In this document: positions 11,606-21,530 of the stretch, in pieces
How positions within the stretch are numbered: the stretch's first letter is position 1
Layout of the letters: the number at the start of each line of letters is the position of its first letter
Assembly: GCA_963833985.1 (NCBI GenBank)
Contig: CAWIAD010000002.1
Coordinates: 2,528,001 to 2,592,000 of the forward strand
DNA length: 64,000 nt
Origin: an uncultured Planctomycetaceae bacterium
Lineage (GTDB): Bacteria; Planctomycetota; Planctomycetia; Isosphaerales; Isosphaeraceae
Direction: 5' to 3'
Position numbers and translations under genes: made by a program
Notes under the pieces: model-generated
Database searches by the model: none
What the model saw: the letters and a program-made list of their open reading frames with translations, nothing else
Told to the model about the DNA's origin: nothing

Positions 11606-12187
11606 GTGCGACGACCTCGAATCTCAGTCGCCTCGATCCTGGCAATCGTCGCGCTTTCCGCCTTGGATTGCTTCGCCTTCAAATGGGCCTACTCACGGAT
11701 CGCCGCCTCGTTGAACTCCGACGACAAAGCCATCGAGGCGTATTTCGAGGGGATGATATCCGTCGGCCTCATCCCGGTTGGCAACGCTGCCGCGGTGGCC
11801 CTCTCCTTGGCCGCCCACCGGCGTCGGGCGGCTCGGCCTGGCCGTTGCGAAGGGGCGAGCGCCCGGGCCGCCCTCACCTTTGCGCTATGCGCCGCGTTTG
11901 GGATGCTCCTGGTCGTGACGCTCTGGGCAACCGCCCCGAAGTGCCTTCTTGCCTACTTCGGCGTCGTTAGTCGCCCTACCGTATGGCTCGTCACATGGTC
12001 GGGCCTCGTCCGAGTCGCTACGGATGTGGAGAAGCCCCTCTTCCGTTTCGTCATCGATCCGTTGTTCATGGCCTTCACGCTGTCGGGGCCGCTGATTCTC
12101 CTCGCCTGGATCGCGGGTGTGATCGCGCGGGACAAAACGGGACACGGGACAAAACGATGGGACAAAACGGGCCATCATTGGTTTTGA
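11606..12187 (+). CDS. Hypothetical membrane protein; the C-terminal tail is repeat-derived
   Basis: GGAGG RBS; RRPRISVASILAIVAL N-terminus; several hydrophobic segments. Confidence 0.55.
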   Translation: MRRPRISVASILAIVALSALDCFAFKWAYSRIAASLNSDDKAIEAYFEGMISVGLIPVGNAAAVALSLAAHRRRAARPGRCEGASARAALTFALCAAFGMLLVVTLWATAPKCLLAYFGVVSRPTVWLVTWSGLVRVATDVEKPLFRFVIDPLFMAFTLSGPLILLAWIAGVIARDKTGHGTKRWDKTGHHWF

Positions 12188-12344
12188 AGCGGCTGGGTGT
12201 TTCGGCCAAGCTGATTCCATGCCACGAACTGCGCGATCGATCGAGGCGAGAATGGATCGAGCACGTTCTCAAACGAGAGAACCGGCGGGTGCGGAAGGGA
12301 TAAGGAAACGCAACTGACGTTTCTCGATCTGTCCCGTTTTCCTG
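12129..12344 (+). repeat. Dispersed repeat family A, copy 2 (MITE-like, stuttered left end)
   Basis: GGGACAAAACG x3 at 12129-12174; right end TGTCCCGTTTTCC is the inverted complement of AAAACGGGACA. Confidence 0.75.
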
Positions 12345-12571
12345 ACTGATCTCGCGCGGCCGTTGCAAACTCCCGGAAAGTCCGGCGAGAATGCCGTGGC
12401 AACCTGGATGATGCAGGAGGATGGGTATCAGACAACGGGTCCGTGCAGAGGCCGAATACGCCTCGGATGCGAGATCGCAGAGCAGGTCTGCCGGTTTGCT
12501 GTCAACGCGTATCCAGCAGTCGGCGGGTGTTCCCTGGTACCTCGTTCCTGAGCGACCTGGGAGGTAACTCG

Positions 12572-12874
12572 ATGGGCCCGCATGATGAACTCCTGGCCAG
12601 GACTCTCTTCTGGGCTGTCGTCTCTGGCCTGTTGGCGATTGTCGCTCCCTGGATCGCACTCCTGTTCAATCGGTGGGCTGCTGCGGCCGTCGCCGGAGTG
12701 CTGGCGCTCGCATCGACGATACTGTATTACATCTGCACGAGGCATATACCCAGTAGCGTCAACATCCGAGCTGACGTGGTCATCATGTGCCCACTTCTGC
12801 TCGTGGCCTGGTTGGAGTGCTTCGGCTTGACCGGCTTTGCGGCTTTCAAGAAGCCGAGCAAGACCGCCCAATAA
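12572..12874 (+). CDS. Small 3-TM membrane protein
   Basis: GGAGGT RBS, 100 aa, hydrophobic, PSSVNIRAD loop. Confidence 0.65.
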   Translation: MGPHDELLARTLFWAVVSGLLAIVAPWIALLFNRWAAAAVAGVLALASTILYYICTRHIPSSVNIRADVVIMCPLLLVAWLECFGLTGFAAFKKPSKTAQ

Positions 12875-14227
12875 GGCGAGCGGCAGGTCTTAGTTTCCCT
12901 GCTGCTCGGTGATTCTCGGTTTGATAGTGATGTCATACTTCGGCAGGGTCGCCGATCTTTCCAATCGAGCTTCGTACTGCTTCATCTCCTTGGCGGCGAC
13001 TCGAACGCCATCGGGATACTCGCCGTGGAGGCGTTTCACGATCGGGTGCCGGCGCTTCCAGGTCATTCGTAGGGCGCATTGCAGGACCACCTTCAGGCAG
13101 TTCAGTAACACGCCGTTCCATTTCTTCTCCAGGGCCGACCAGCAGCGTTCAATCGGGTTGTATTTGCTGTGGTAGGGGGGATAGTACACCAACCGAATCT
13201 CCAACCCCGACCAGTCGGCAAACTGGACCATCCGTTTCAGGAACTGGGTCCGCCGACCGGAGTTCTTGGGGCCGTTGTCCAGATAGATCACCAGGCGCTT
13301 GACATGCCCGAAGCCTGACCGGACCTGCAGCCACCACATGCGGAGCGCATCGGCCCAAGCGTCGCTGGTCTCGCGCGATCCGAACAGGAGCATCAATACC
13401 CCGGTCACCCGCATCACGATGCCGAAAGGGACCAGCTTCTCCTTGGCTGGCGGATCGTGATCCCATCCCTTGGCCACTTGACCGTCGGCGGCGGTCCTGG
13501 TTTTTCCCCCCACGAGCGTAATCGCCCAATCCCACCTTCGCCTTGGTGTCCATGGAGATCTCCAGCGCCTCAGGATCGTCCCGAGCCTGTTGCTGCACCT
13601 CCTTCACGTTGGCGAAGATCGCGTCGGTCTCCTTGGTCTTCTTCAGCGGCCTGCCCTTCTGAATCCGCTTGAGGCGGAAGTTCATGCGGTTGAGGATGTC
13701 CCGCATGGTGCGCTCGCTGGGCAACGCGTCTCGGGGATAGCCCTTGTCAATCAAGGCTCCTCGCACCTCCGCCGCCGACAGGTTCATGTACCGTCGCGAC
13801 GACTTCAGTTCCGGATCGGCGTAGGTATGGGGCTCGACGATCGCACGGATGTCCGCAGCCAGTTGCGGGTCCTTCTCTTCGCTGCGCAGCCGACCTCTCG
13901 CGACGAAATTCTCGAGACAGCGTATCCCTTGACGGGCCTCGTGCAGTCCTTTCAGGACCGTTTCTCGTCCCCAGCCGAAGCGTCGTTCAGCTTGGCGGGC
14001 GCTGCCTTCACAGAGTTCCGTGGCCACCTCGGCCATGAACAATCGGCGCTGGTATCCGGTCAGCCGTCTGGCTCCCGAACAGATCAAGGCGTCGAGGCAC
14101 TCAGTGGATCCTTCCATGACGGTTCCCCTCCCTGGTGTACAGACGGCAACAGGCCAGGCTCTAGCCTTGCATCATCTCACAGAACGGGGAAGCTCAATTC
14201 CGGGTAGATCTCGACGTGCCGGTCGCC
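12875..14227 (-). mobile_element. ISAzo13-family IS, complete (1353 bp)
   Basis: IRs GGCGAGCGGCAGGTC (12875-12889) / GACGTGCCGGTCGCC (14213-14227), 13/15 match; TAA duplicated at 12872-74 and 14228-30. Confidence 0.88.
12890..14117 (-). CDS. ISAzo13 transposase in two frames joined at a G6A5 run (~13501-13511)
   Basis: ISMDTKAKV, DHD, LDNGPKN, YYPPYHSKYNPIERCW. Confidence 0.85.
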
Positions 14228-14417
14228 TAACAGGATTCCCTACACGATGCGCCAGTCGACCTTATGAACCAAGGGGTGCATAAAGAAGGAGGTAAAGCAG
14301 TCAAGGCCACCCGAAAGCAGCCTTTCAGCAGAACCTCCGACTTTGAATGAGACCGTTCTTACACACTGGTCAAGGCAGAGAAAAGGGAGGGAAAACGCGA
14401 AGTTGTTGACCTTGAAG

Positions 14418-16661
14418 CCTACTTTCCGCACATCTCCCTTTGATTTCCCCGAATTCGACCTGAGGCCATCTTCTCAGACGCGGCCCCAGGGTCGGTAAAC
14501 ATCTACAAGTCGATCGGCACGGGGACCTTGTTCGGTTCAGATGGTTCGCCAACCGGACCGTTCCTGAACTCGAGCCATTCTTCGCCTTGTCTTATAACTT
14601 GGCAATGTCCAGCCGCGCGCCGCGATTCTCGCCGCGACGACTTGTGACACGGGCTATGAGCGTAAGTTGAGCGGCTCACAACTTACGTCAAGGCAAATTA
14701 TCATAAGTGAATCACAAGATTTTTTGTCCTTGACGTCCCGATCTCCTCCGCCATCATTGCGGCAAGCCCTGCGGCGGTCGGCCTGCTCCCCTCACGGCCC
14801 TGGAAGGCCCGGCGGCGGACACCGGCCAACTCGCTGCAAACCCTCCGGAGATGATCCGCATGAACGAACCTCAACGACCGCGCCAACCCGGCGAGACGGC
14901 CCGCTCGAAGGGACGCACGCGCACGCTCAACACGCGGCGGATTGCCGCCGTGCCCATCCTGGAACACTTCCTGAGTCGGCTCCGCCTTCGCGAGTTTCTC
15001 TGCGACCACCTGCCCCATGAGGACGGCCGCACTCGGGTCCCCACGGCCACGGCCTTGCTCGTCCTGCTGCGCAACCTGCTGATCTCGCGTGAGCCACTCT
15101 ATGGTGTCGGTGAGTGGGTGGCCCGCCATGAGCCGAAACTGTTCGGGTTGTCCGATGTCCAAGTCGCCGCAATGAACGACGATCGAGTTGGCCGGGCCCT
15201 CGACCGTCTCTTCGACGCCAATCTCTCGGGGTTGGCCCTGAAGGTCGCGGCCCATGCCGTACGCGAATTCGACGTCAGCCTCGACCAGTTACACAACGAC
15301 TCGACCACCATCACTTTCCACGGTGACTACGAGTCGGCGGAGGCGGAGCGAACCCTGCGGGGACAATTGCGGTTGGCGGTGACCTGGGGTCATAACAAAG
15401 ACCACCGCCCCGACCTCAAGCAGCTACTCTACATCCTCACCGTGACCGGCGACGGTGCCGTCCCGGTGCACTTTCGCGTCGAGAGCGGCAACGCCACCGA
15501 CGACCGCTCTCACCAGGAGACCTGGGAGTTGCTCTGTCAACTGACCGGACGCCGAGACTTTCTCTACATCGCCGACTGCAAGCTGGCCACCACCGAGAAC
15601 ATGGCCTATCTGCATCAGCGCGGCGGTCGGTTCCTCAGCGTGCTGCCGCGAACTCGCAGTGAGGACGGTGCCTTCCGCGGCGCCGTACTCCGGGGAGAGA
15701 TCCAGTGGCGATGGACCCACGACAAGTACGACGACAAGGGACAGTTGACCGACCGCTTCTCGATCTGCAAACCTGCGAGCCAGACCACCGAGGGTTACCG
15801 GCTGATCTGGTATCACAGCACACGCAAGGCCGAGTTGGATGCGGAGGTACGGCTGACCCGGCTGGAGAAGGCGTTGAAACGACTGGACGAACTGCGTGCC
15901 AAGCTCGCCTCGTCCCGAACCCGGTACCGCAGTCGAGCCAAGGTCGCCGAGGCGGTCGAGGAGCTGCTCCGAGACTGTGAGGTCACCGAGTGGATCTCGG
16001 TCGAGATCGAGGAGCAGGTCACCGAAAAGTTCCGCCAGGAGCGACGCGGCCGGCCTGGACAGGACACGCGGTACGTCCGAGAGGAGAAGCTCCGTTACTC
16101 GTTGAAGCATCGGATTGAGTTGGAGCGACTGGATGAGGAGGCCCGCTGTGATGGCATTTTCCCGCTGGTGAGCAACGAATCGAAGATGACGGAGCAGGAT
16201 CTGCTCTTGGCCTACAAACAGCAACCGGCCATCGAACGACGGTTCGAGCACCTGAAGACTGACTTCGTGGTAGCGCCTATGTACCTGAAGGAGGTGAGTC
16301 GGATTCAGGCCTTGCTCTGCGTGTACTTCTTCGTGTTGCTGGTCGAGGCGCTGTTGGAGCGAGAACTCCGCCGCGCGATGGAACGAGCGGGAATCGAGAG
16401 CCTGCCACTGTATTCCGAAGGTCGGGCCTGCCGACGCCCGACGGCTCGAAAAGTGATCGACCTGTACGAGGACGTTCAAGAGCATTCCCTGAAGGCTGGG
16501 AAACGCCCTCTTGAGGTGTTCAGCACAGAGTTAACTCGGCTCCAGAAGAGGATCCTGCGCCTGCTGGGGATACCCAAAGCCTACGAGATTTGAGCCTGAC
16601 AGGCCGAAAGACGGCACACGGAAATTAGGAGATAGTCAAGGCGAGATGTGCGGAAAGTAGG
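14418..16661 (+). mobile_element. IS1634-family IS, complete (2244 bp)
   Basis: Perfect 19-bp IR CCTACTTTCCGCACATCTC (14418-36 / 16643-61); 6-bp TSD TTGAAG (14412-17, 16662-67). Confidence 0.92.
14860..16593 (+). CDS. IS1634 transposase
   Basis: NDDRVGRALD, LHNDSTT, GHNKDHRPDLKQ, GNATD, IADCKL, YKQQPAIERRFEHLK. Confidence 0.92.
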   Translation: MNEPQRPRQPGETARSKGRTRTLNTRRIAAVPILEHFLSRLRLREFLCDHLPHEDGRTRVPTATALLVLLRNLLISREPLYGVGEWVARHEPKLFGLSDVQVAAMNDDRVGRALDRLFDANLSGLALKVAAHAVREFDVSLDQLHNDSTTITFHGDYESAEAERTLRGQLRLAVTWGHNKDHRPDLKQLLYILTVTGDGAVPVHFRVESGNATDDRSHQETWELLCQLTGRRDFLYIADCKLATTENMAYLHQRGGRFLSVLPRTRSEDGAFRGAVLRGEIQWRWTHDKYDDKGQLTDRFSICKPASQTTEGYRLIWYHSTRKAELDAEVRLTRLEKALKRLDELRAKLASSRTRYRSRAKVAEAVEELLRDCEVTEWISVEIEEQVTEKFRQERRGRPGQDTRYVREEKLRYSLKHRIELERLDEEARCDGIFPLVSNESKMTEQDLLLAYKQQPAIERRFEHLKTDFVVAPMYLKEVSRIQALLCVYFFVLLVEALLERELRRAMERAGIESLPLYSEGRACRRPTARKVIDLYEDVQEHSLKAGKRPLEVFSTELTRLQKRILRLLGIPKAYEI

Positions 16662-16824
16662 TTGAAGCGGCTGAGTGTCTCGGCCAAGCTGATTCCATGC
16701 CACGAACTGCGTGGTCGATCAGGGCGGGAATGGATCGATCACGTTTTCAATCGGGAGAACGGGCAGTTGCGGCAGGAATACGTGGACACAGCGAACAACT
16801 TGTCAATGACGCCCCGTTTTCCTG
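16662..16824 (+). repeat. Dispersed repeat family A, copy 3; its first ~29 bp lie at 14389-14417, split off by IS1634
   Basis: Collinear with 12185-12344, including the CCCGTTTTCCTG end. Confidence 0.8.
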
Positions 16825-17179
16825 TCCTTTGTTGATGGGTCGATGTGCCAGTTCCACGGGTGCGCAACACGGCTCTGGTACTTGCTCGGTTCAGCATAAG
16901 GCCCGGGTACATGAGCACAAGGCGTTGCCAGTGCAAGCGGACCAGAACCAGAGGTTGCTGGCCGACGCCAGTCCGGTGTTCCACGCTCTGCACCGAGTCC
17001 CTGGCTCATGAGGGCGCCAGGATGGCGATAGAAAGAGCCCCGGGGCGATCGCGGAGAAGGGCTTCGGTCGATCCGACCGACGCACGCAACGGGGATCCCG
17101 CATTTCGGGAGTGAGGAATGGACGAGACCTTGGGCCGCCTCGTCCATCCGCCGTCGGAACCCTCAGTACAGTGCGACGA

Positions 17180-17581
17180 CTACTTCTCGTTCTTCTGCCT
17201 TTTGGCCTCGATATCCCATTCCCGCTTCTCGCCTCCGAATTCCGCTGCGCCCTTCCCCTTGAGCTGATCACCGTCAATCTTCAGCTTGTACTCGATGGCG
17301 ATGCCGTCTTCCATCCCCCCCAGCTTCCGCTCGGCGGAGAACGTCAGCGTACCGTCCTTCAGCTTCAGGTCTTTGACCTTCTGCTCGTCCTGGTCCGGCC
17401 AGCTCATCGTCCCGGAGAGGTTGTCCCCGTCCTTCTTGATCTTCAAGGTGGCCGTCCGCTGCTGTCCGCCGATCTCATACTCGCACTTCCATGTCCCGAC
17501 CGGATCTGCCACCTTGTCGTCCGCTGCGCTCGCCAGGCCACATGCCCCGAAAACCAACGCCATTGAGAGAATCGTCTTCAT
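17180..17581 (-). CDS. Secreted beta-rich hypothetical protein
   Basis: GGAGGT RBS, signal peptide, DPVGTWK..LKIKKDGDNLSG. Confidence 0.8.
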   Translation of the reverse strand: MKTILSMALVFGACGLASAADDKVADPVGTWKCEYEIGGQQRTATLKIKKDGDNLSGTMSWPDQDEQKVKDLKLKDGTLTFSAERKLGGMEDGIAIEYKLKIDGDQLKGKGAAEFGGEKREWDIEAKRQKNEK

Positions 17582-18259
17582 GGTCACCTCCGAGATCGTG
17601 GCGCAGCGGAAGCAGTCCAACGTAGACCGCCACCCGCCGCAGGCGGCGATTATACCCATGCCGCGACCGGTGGTCAGGGCTATGAGCGCCGAGACGGGGC
17701 AACTCGCAGCAATCGCGCGTTGCGATGGGTCTTTCGCAGTCGCTGAACCTCGCGAGCGGAGTTTGAATGACTTGATCGGTGTTGCGCGCCTCGGTCGACC
17801 AGACGAATGGCACTCGCATGAGAACCATTCGGAGCGATCCTTCGTCTGTTCGGCCACGGCTCGCAGCTGGTGCAGGTAGGCCGCCGGCATCCGCCGGCGC
17901 TTTCTTGCCCTCGGTTCCTGGCGCCCCGGGCGGTCGCCGACGCGGTGGTAGGCGATTACCGTCCGCAGTGCATTTGGCCAGGCCGACGCCGCTCTCGCCG
18001 GCCAGATTGCCGGCGACCTCGACCGGACCTGCCGCCCGATCGGCCGATGCGATCCGATGACTGCCTCCCTTGCTATTCATCACGGGCTTGAACTCGTGAC
18101 CGGCAACACCTCGCACTATCAGCATCAGCGTGTTCAGCAACTCGGATACCCGCTCGTGCTGGTGCCTGGCGTACACTATCGGTGATAGCGTGCTGCTGTG
18201 ACATAGCGTTAGACTGGTAACCTTGTGAGAGAGGAGCGTGTCCGGTGAGGCTTGCGACG

Positions 18260-18451
18260 ATGGCCAAGAAACGGGAATTGAAACTCACTGCGGTTAAGGT
18301 CGATGCCACCTTGGCCCGCAAGGCAAAGACGATTGCCGAGGATCGCGGCATACCGCTTTCAACCGACATGTCCGGAGCGGTCGAGGCAGCCGTGACCAAG
18401 GATTGGCCGAAGGTCCTCAAGAAGCTTGTGGAGGAAGGGAGCGGGAAGTGA
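18260..18451 (+). CDS. Small ribbon-helix-helix-like protein
   Basis: 63 aa; TAVKVD strand then LARKAKTIAEDRGIPLS helix. Confidence 0.6.
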   Translation: MAKKRELKLTAVKVDATLARKAKTIAEDRGIPLSTDMSGAVEAAVTKDWPKVLKKLVEEGSGK

Positions 18452-19032
18452 GCACGGCCACCAAACCACAAATCACGAAACCATCCGGGCATCCCGTGAT
18501 CTCGGTCGACCAGTTCCGCCGGATGCAGGACGCCGGAATCTTCGAGGGCCAGCACGTCGAGTTGCTCGATGGGGAGCTGTACGAGGTGACGAAGAATCCC
18601 CCGCACGATTACACGGTCGACGCCCTTGCCGAGGCGCTGCGATCGCTACTGCCTCAGGACGCCTACCGGGTTCGTGAGGAGAAGTCGATCGAGCCATGGG
18701 GGCACTGGTGGCCCGAGCCCGACATCACGGTGGCGCGCGGACCCAAACGGCGTTACCAGGGCCGGCGCCCGGGGCCAGCCGACATCGTCATGGTTGCCGA
18801 GGTCTGTGAGAACTCACCGCAAGATCGGACCAGGAAGCTCGCCGGCTATGCCGAGGCCGGGTTTCAGGTCTACTGGCTCCTCGATCTCAACCTGCGCCGG
18901 CTCGAAGTCTACGCCAATCCGATCGGCGGAGAGTACTCAGCTCCCACGATCCTGGGAGAGACGGAGTCGGTTGATCTCGTCATCGACGGGCAGGTTGTCG
19001 GCCGGATCGCCGTGGCGGACTTGCTGCCATGA
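18448..19032 (+). CDS. Uma2-family endonuclease
   Basis: VELLDGEL, PEPDITV, VAEV, KLAGYAEAG..YWLLDL; GTGA overlap with the upstream stop. Confidence 0.9.
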   Translation: MSTATKPQITKPSGHPVISVDQFRRMQDAGIFEGQHVELLDGELYEVTKNPPHDYTVDALAEALRSLLPQDAYRVREEKSIEPWGHWWPEPDITVARGPKRRYQGRRPGPADIVMVAEVCENSPQDRTRKLAGYAEAGFQVYWLLDLNLRRLEVYANPIGGEYSAPTILGETESVDLVIDGQVVGRIAVADLLP

Positions 19033-19229
19033 TCTCGATCCTCCGCCAGCTTGTGGCCGCTCGCCCGTTCCGGCCGTTCCGCCTGGTGCTCACTGGCGGC
19101 CACGAGGTTCCGGTATCAAGCCCGGAGCGAATCCGGATCCAGGAGGAGAGGGAATCGGCCCGGGTGTGGACCGACGACGGGCATGAGCAAATCATCGACC
19201 TGAACCACTTGATCGAGGTGCGATCGTGA
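19029..19229 (+). CDS. Small hypothetical protein
   Basis: ATGA overlap; PFRPFRLVLTGG..V..PE motif. Confidence 0.65.
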   Translation: MISILRQLVAARPFRPFRLVLTGGHEVPVSSPERIRIQEERESARVWTDDGHEQIIDLNHLIEVRS

Positions 19230-19550
19230 CTCCGCCGGTACCGACCGAGTCGATCTCACCGAATCCGAACGGGGCAGAGGGCGACAGTGCCATCCACTCT
19301 GGTTCCCATTAGCCGCGACGCGTAGCTGGTACGGCATCGCTCAGGGATAATCGGTGTCAGCCGTCATGCCGCCATTCTGGCGGCACCCGAACCCATGAAA
19401 ATAGGGCGATCTCAGGCTAAAATGGCCTCGGCCCCTCGCACGGCCTTACGCCGGATTGGAACTGGTGCTTCGAGCCCGCGTGTCAGCCTGGCGGAGGCAT
19501 CGCGCGTACCCGAACCTGTCGCCCGAGGGCGCCGCGTCGTTCGCGGTGCC

Positions 19551-19781
19551 AGGTCCCAAGGTCCAAGGTCACCAAGGTCCAAGGTCAAAAAAAGGACAAG
19601 GTCAAAAAAAAGGACAAGGTCAAAAAAAGGACATGCAATGCAGTTTTCCCCTGGTCGGATGAGGGTCAAAAAGAGGTCAAAAAAAGGAAAGAGGTCAAAA
19701 AAAGGACATGCAATGCAGTTTTCCCCTAAAAAAAGAAAGAAAAAGAAAGGACATGCAATGCAGTTTTCCCCTGGTCGGATG
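19551..19781 (+). repeat. Stuttered A-rich repeats forming the left end of the HUH transposase element
   Basis: AGGTC and AGGTCAAAAAAAGGAC iterations; AAAGGACATGCAATGCAGTTTTCCCCT x3. Confidence 0.85.
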
Positions 19782-19821
19782 GATCTGGTAAGCTGTGCGG
19801 ATCTTGCCAGGAGAATCGAAC

Positions 19822-20858
19822 ATGACGATCGCGCAGTGCGCATCTGGTGGATCCGTCGGTTACCCGCTGGTATCACTGCATCACGCGGTGCGTGCGGCGG
19901 GCGTTCCTGCTGGGGGAGGGCGGTCTCGACCGCAAGGAATGGATCGAACGGCGAGTCCAGGAACTTGCGGAGATCTTCTCGATCGCCGTGGGCGGGTTCG
20001 CCGTCCTCGATAATCACTTACATCTGCTGGTGCGGCTCGACCCGGATGTGGCGGCGGGGTGGGCAGATGAGGAGGTTGTGCGGCGCTGGGGGAGGCTCTT
20101 CCCACCGCGCGACAAGGCACGAAAGGCACTGCCGGTCTCGGACTCGTGGGTCAAGGAACGGCTGAAGGACGTGAAGTGGGTTGCGATGGCACGCCAGCGG
20201 CTGCAAAGCCTGAGCTGGTTCATGAAGTGCCTGAAGGAGCCGCTGTCGCGACTGGCGAACCGCGAGGAGAACACCCGCGGGGCGTTCTTCGAGGGGCGGT
20301 TCCAGAGCGTCGCCATCCTGGACGAGGAATCATTGCTGGCGACCTGCGCTTACATCGATCTGAACCCGGTGGCGGCGGGGATCGCCCAGGTTCCGGAGGC
20401 CAGCCCGCACACGTCCATCAAGCAGCGGGTCGAGCATGTGCAGGAACAGGAGCGCCGCCGAGGATCTGAAGGCCGCGAAGCAAGGCAGCATGGCGGGGTC
20501 GAAGGCGGCGAGTGGGATGGAGGAGCAGCTCTGGCTCTGCCCGATCGAGGACCGCCGGCGGCTCGACTCGATGCGGGAAGGTATGCTCGAGGGGTTCAGC
20601 CTGGGGAACTACCTGCTCCTGGTGGACTACACCGGGCGGGTGTTTCGCGAAGGGAAGGCGATGATCTCGGCGGAGCTGGCCGGGATATTGGAGCGGCTGG
20701 GAAGCAACGCCGAGAACTGGCAGGCACGGCTGCTGAAGCTGGCGGGCGGGCGGCTGCTGGGGAGGTTCTTCGCCGCCAGCCGGGAACGTCTGCGGGATGT
20801 GGCCGGTCGGCTGGGCCGGCATCACCTGGCGAACCTGGGCGGCTGCCCGGCACGGTGA
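19822..20858 (+). CDS. RAYT-like Y1 HUH transposase (apparent frameshifts ~19833 and ~20455)
   Basis: AGGAGA RBS; WYHCITRCVRRAFL, HUH NHLHLL, FFEGRFQS, catalytic YIDLNPV; C-terminus in ORF 20436-20858 (YLLLVDYTGR). Confidence 0.85.
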
Positions 20859-20927
20859 GCCGGGCGAGATGCGCGGCGTGTTGGTCTCAGGTGCTGGTCG
20901 GCCTCACGGCCGAGGTTGGGGGCTGCA

Positions 20928-21077
20928 CCCGTCCGAACCACGTGCTCACGCACGTGGTCACGCGCATGAGCCTGGCGGGATCGCCCAGCCGAGCCACATG
21001 ATCACGTACATAGGTGCCGACCTGAGCGGAAGTGGAGGCCGCGCCCGTCCGAACGACGTGGTCACGCACGTGGTCAC
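20928..21077 (+). repeat. Two 34-bp direct repeats rich in CACGTG
   Basis: 20928-20961 vs 21044-21077, 32/34 identical. Confidence 0.8.
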
Positions 21078-21166
21078 TCACCCCGCGCCAGGCAGATGAC
21101 GAGATCGCGTGGCGAGCCTTTCGCCGACTGTCATTACAGGTTCGTGGATGACCGCGAGAACCATCT

Positions 21167-21530
21167 GGCCACGGTTCCACGAAAGGTGGGCCTCGCGGGG
21201 ACGCTCGACCCACCCTACCGGGCGGCCAATCCCCGGGCCAGTTCGACGCGCATCCGGCCACGGTTCCACGAAAGGTGGGCCTCGCGGGGACGCTCGACCC
21301 ACCCTACCGGGCGGCCAATCCCCGGGCCAGTTCGACGCGCATCCGGCCACGGTTCCACGAAAGGTGGGCCTCGCGGGGACGCTCGACCCACCCTACCGGG
21401 CGGCCAATCCCCGGGCCAGTTCGACGCGCTTCCGGCCACGGTTCCACGAAAGGTGGGCCTCGCGGGAACGCTCGACCCACCCTACCGGGCGGCCAATCCC
21501 CGGGCCAGTTCGACGCGCTTCCGGCCACGG
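21167..21530 (-). repeat. Tandem array of 4 x 89 bp, each unit carrying a GTAG-type REP
   Basis: Units start at 21167, 21256, 21345, 21434; minus strand reads GTAG-GGTGGGTC..GGCCCACC. Confidence 0.92.

Noticed and set aside
12860..14300. Integron attC site after gene 12572-12874 (reconstructed TAAC)
   Set aside because: No matching GTT end or L-box symmetry found; no intI in the window
16825..17150. Short ORFs after repeat copy 3
   Set aside because: No recognisable motif or RBS in any frame
19395..20165. Lys-rich 256-aa ORF
   Set aside because: Read-through of the A-rich stutter, out of frame with the transposase
21167..21530. CRISPR array
   Set aside because: Whole 89-bp units are near-identical with no unique spacers; no cas genes in the window
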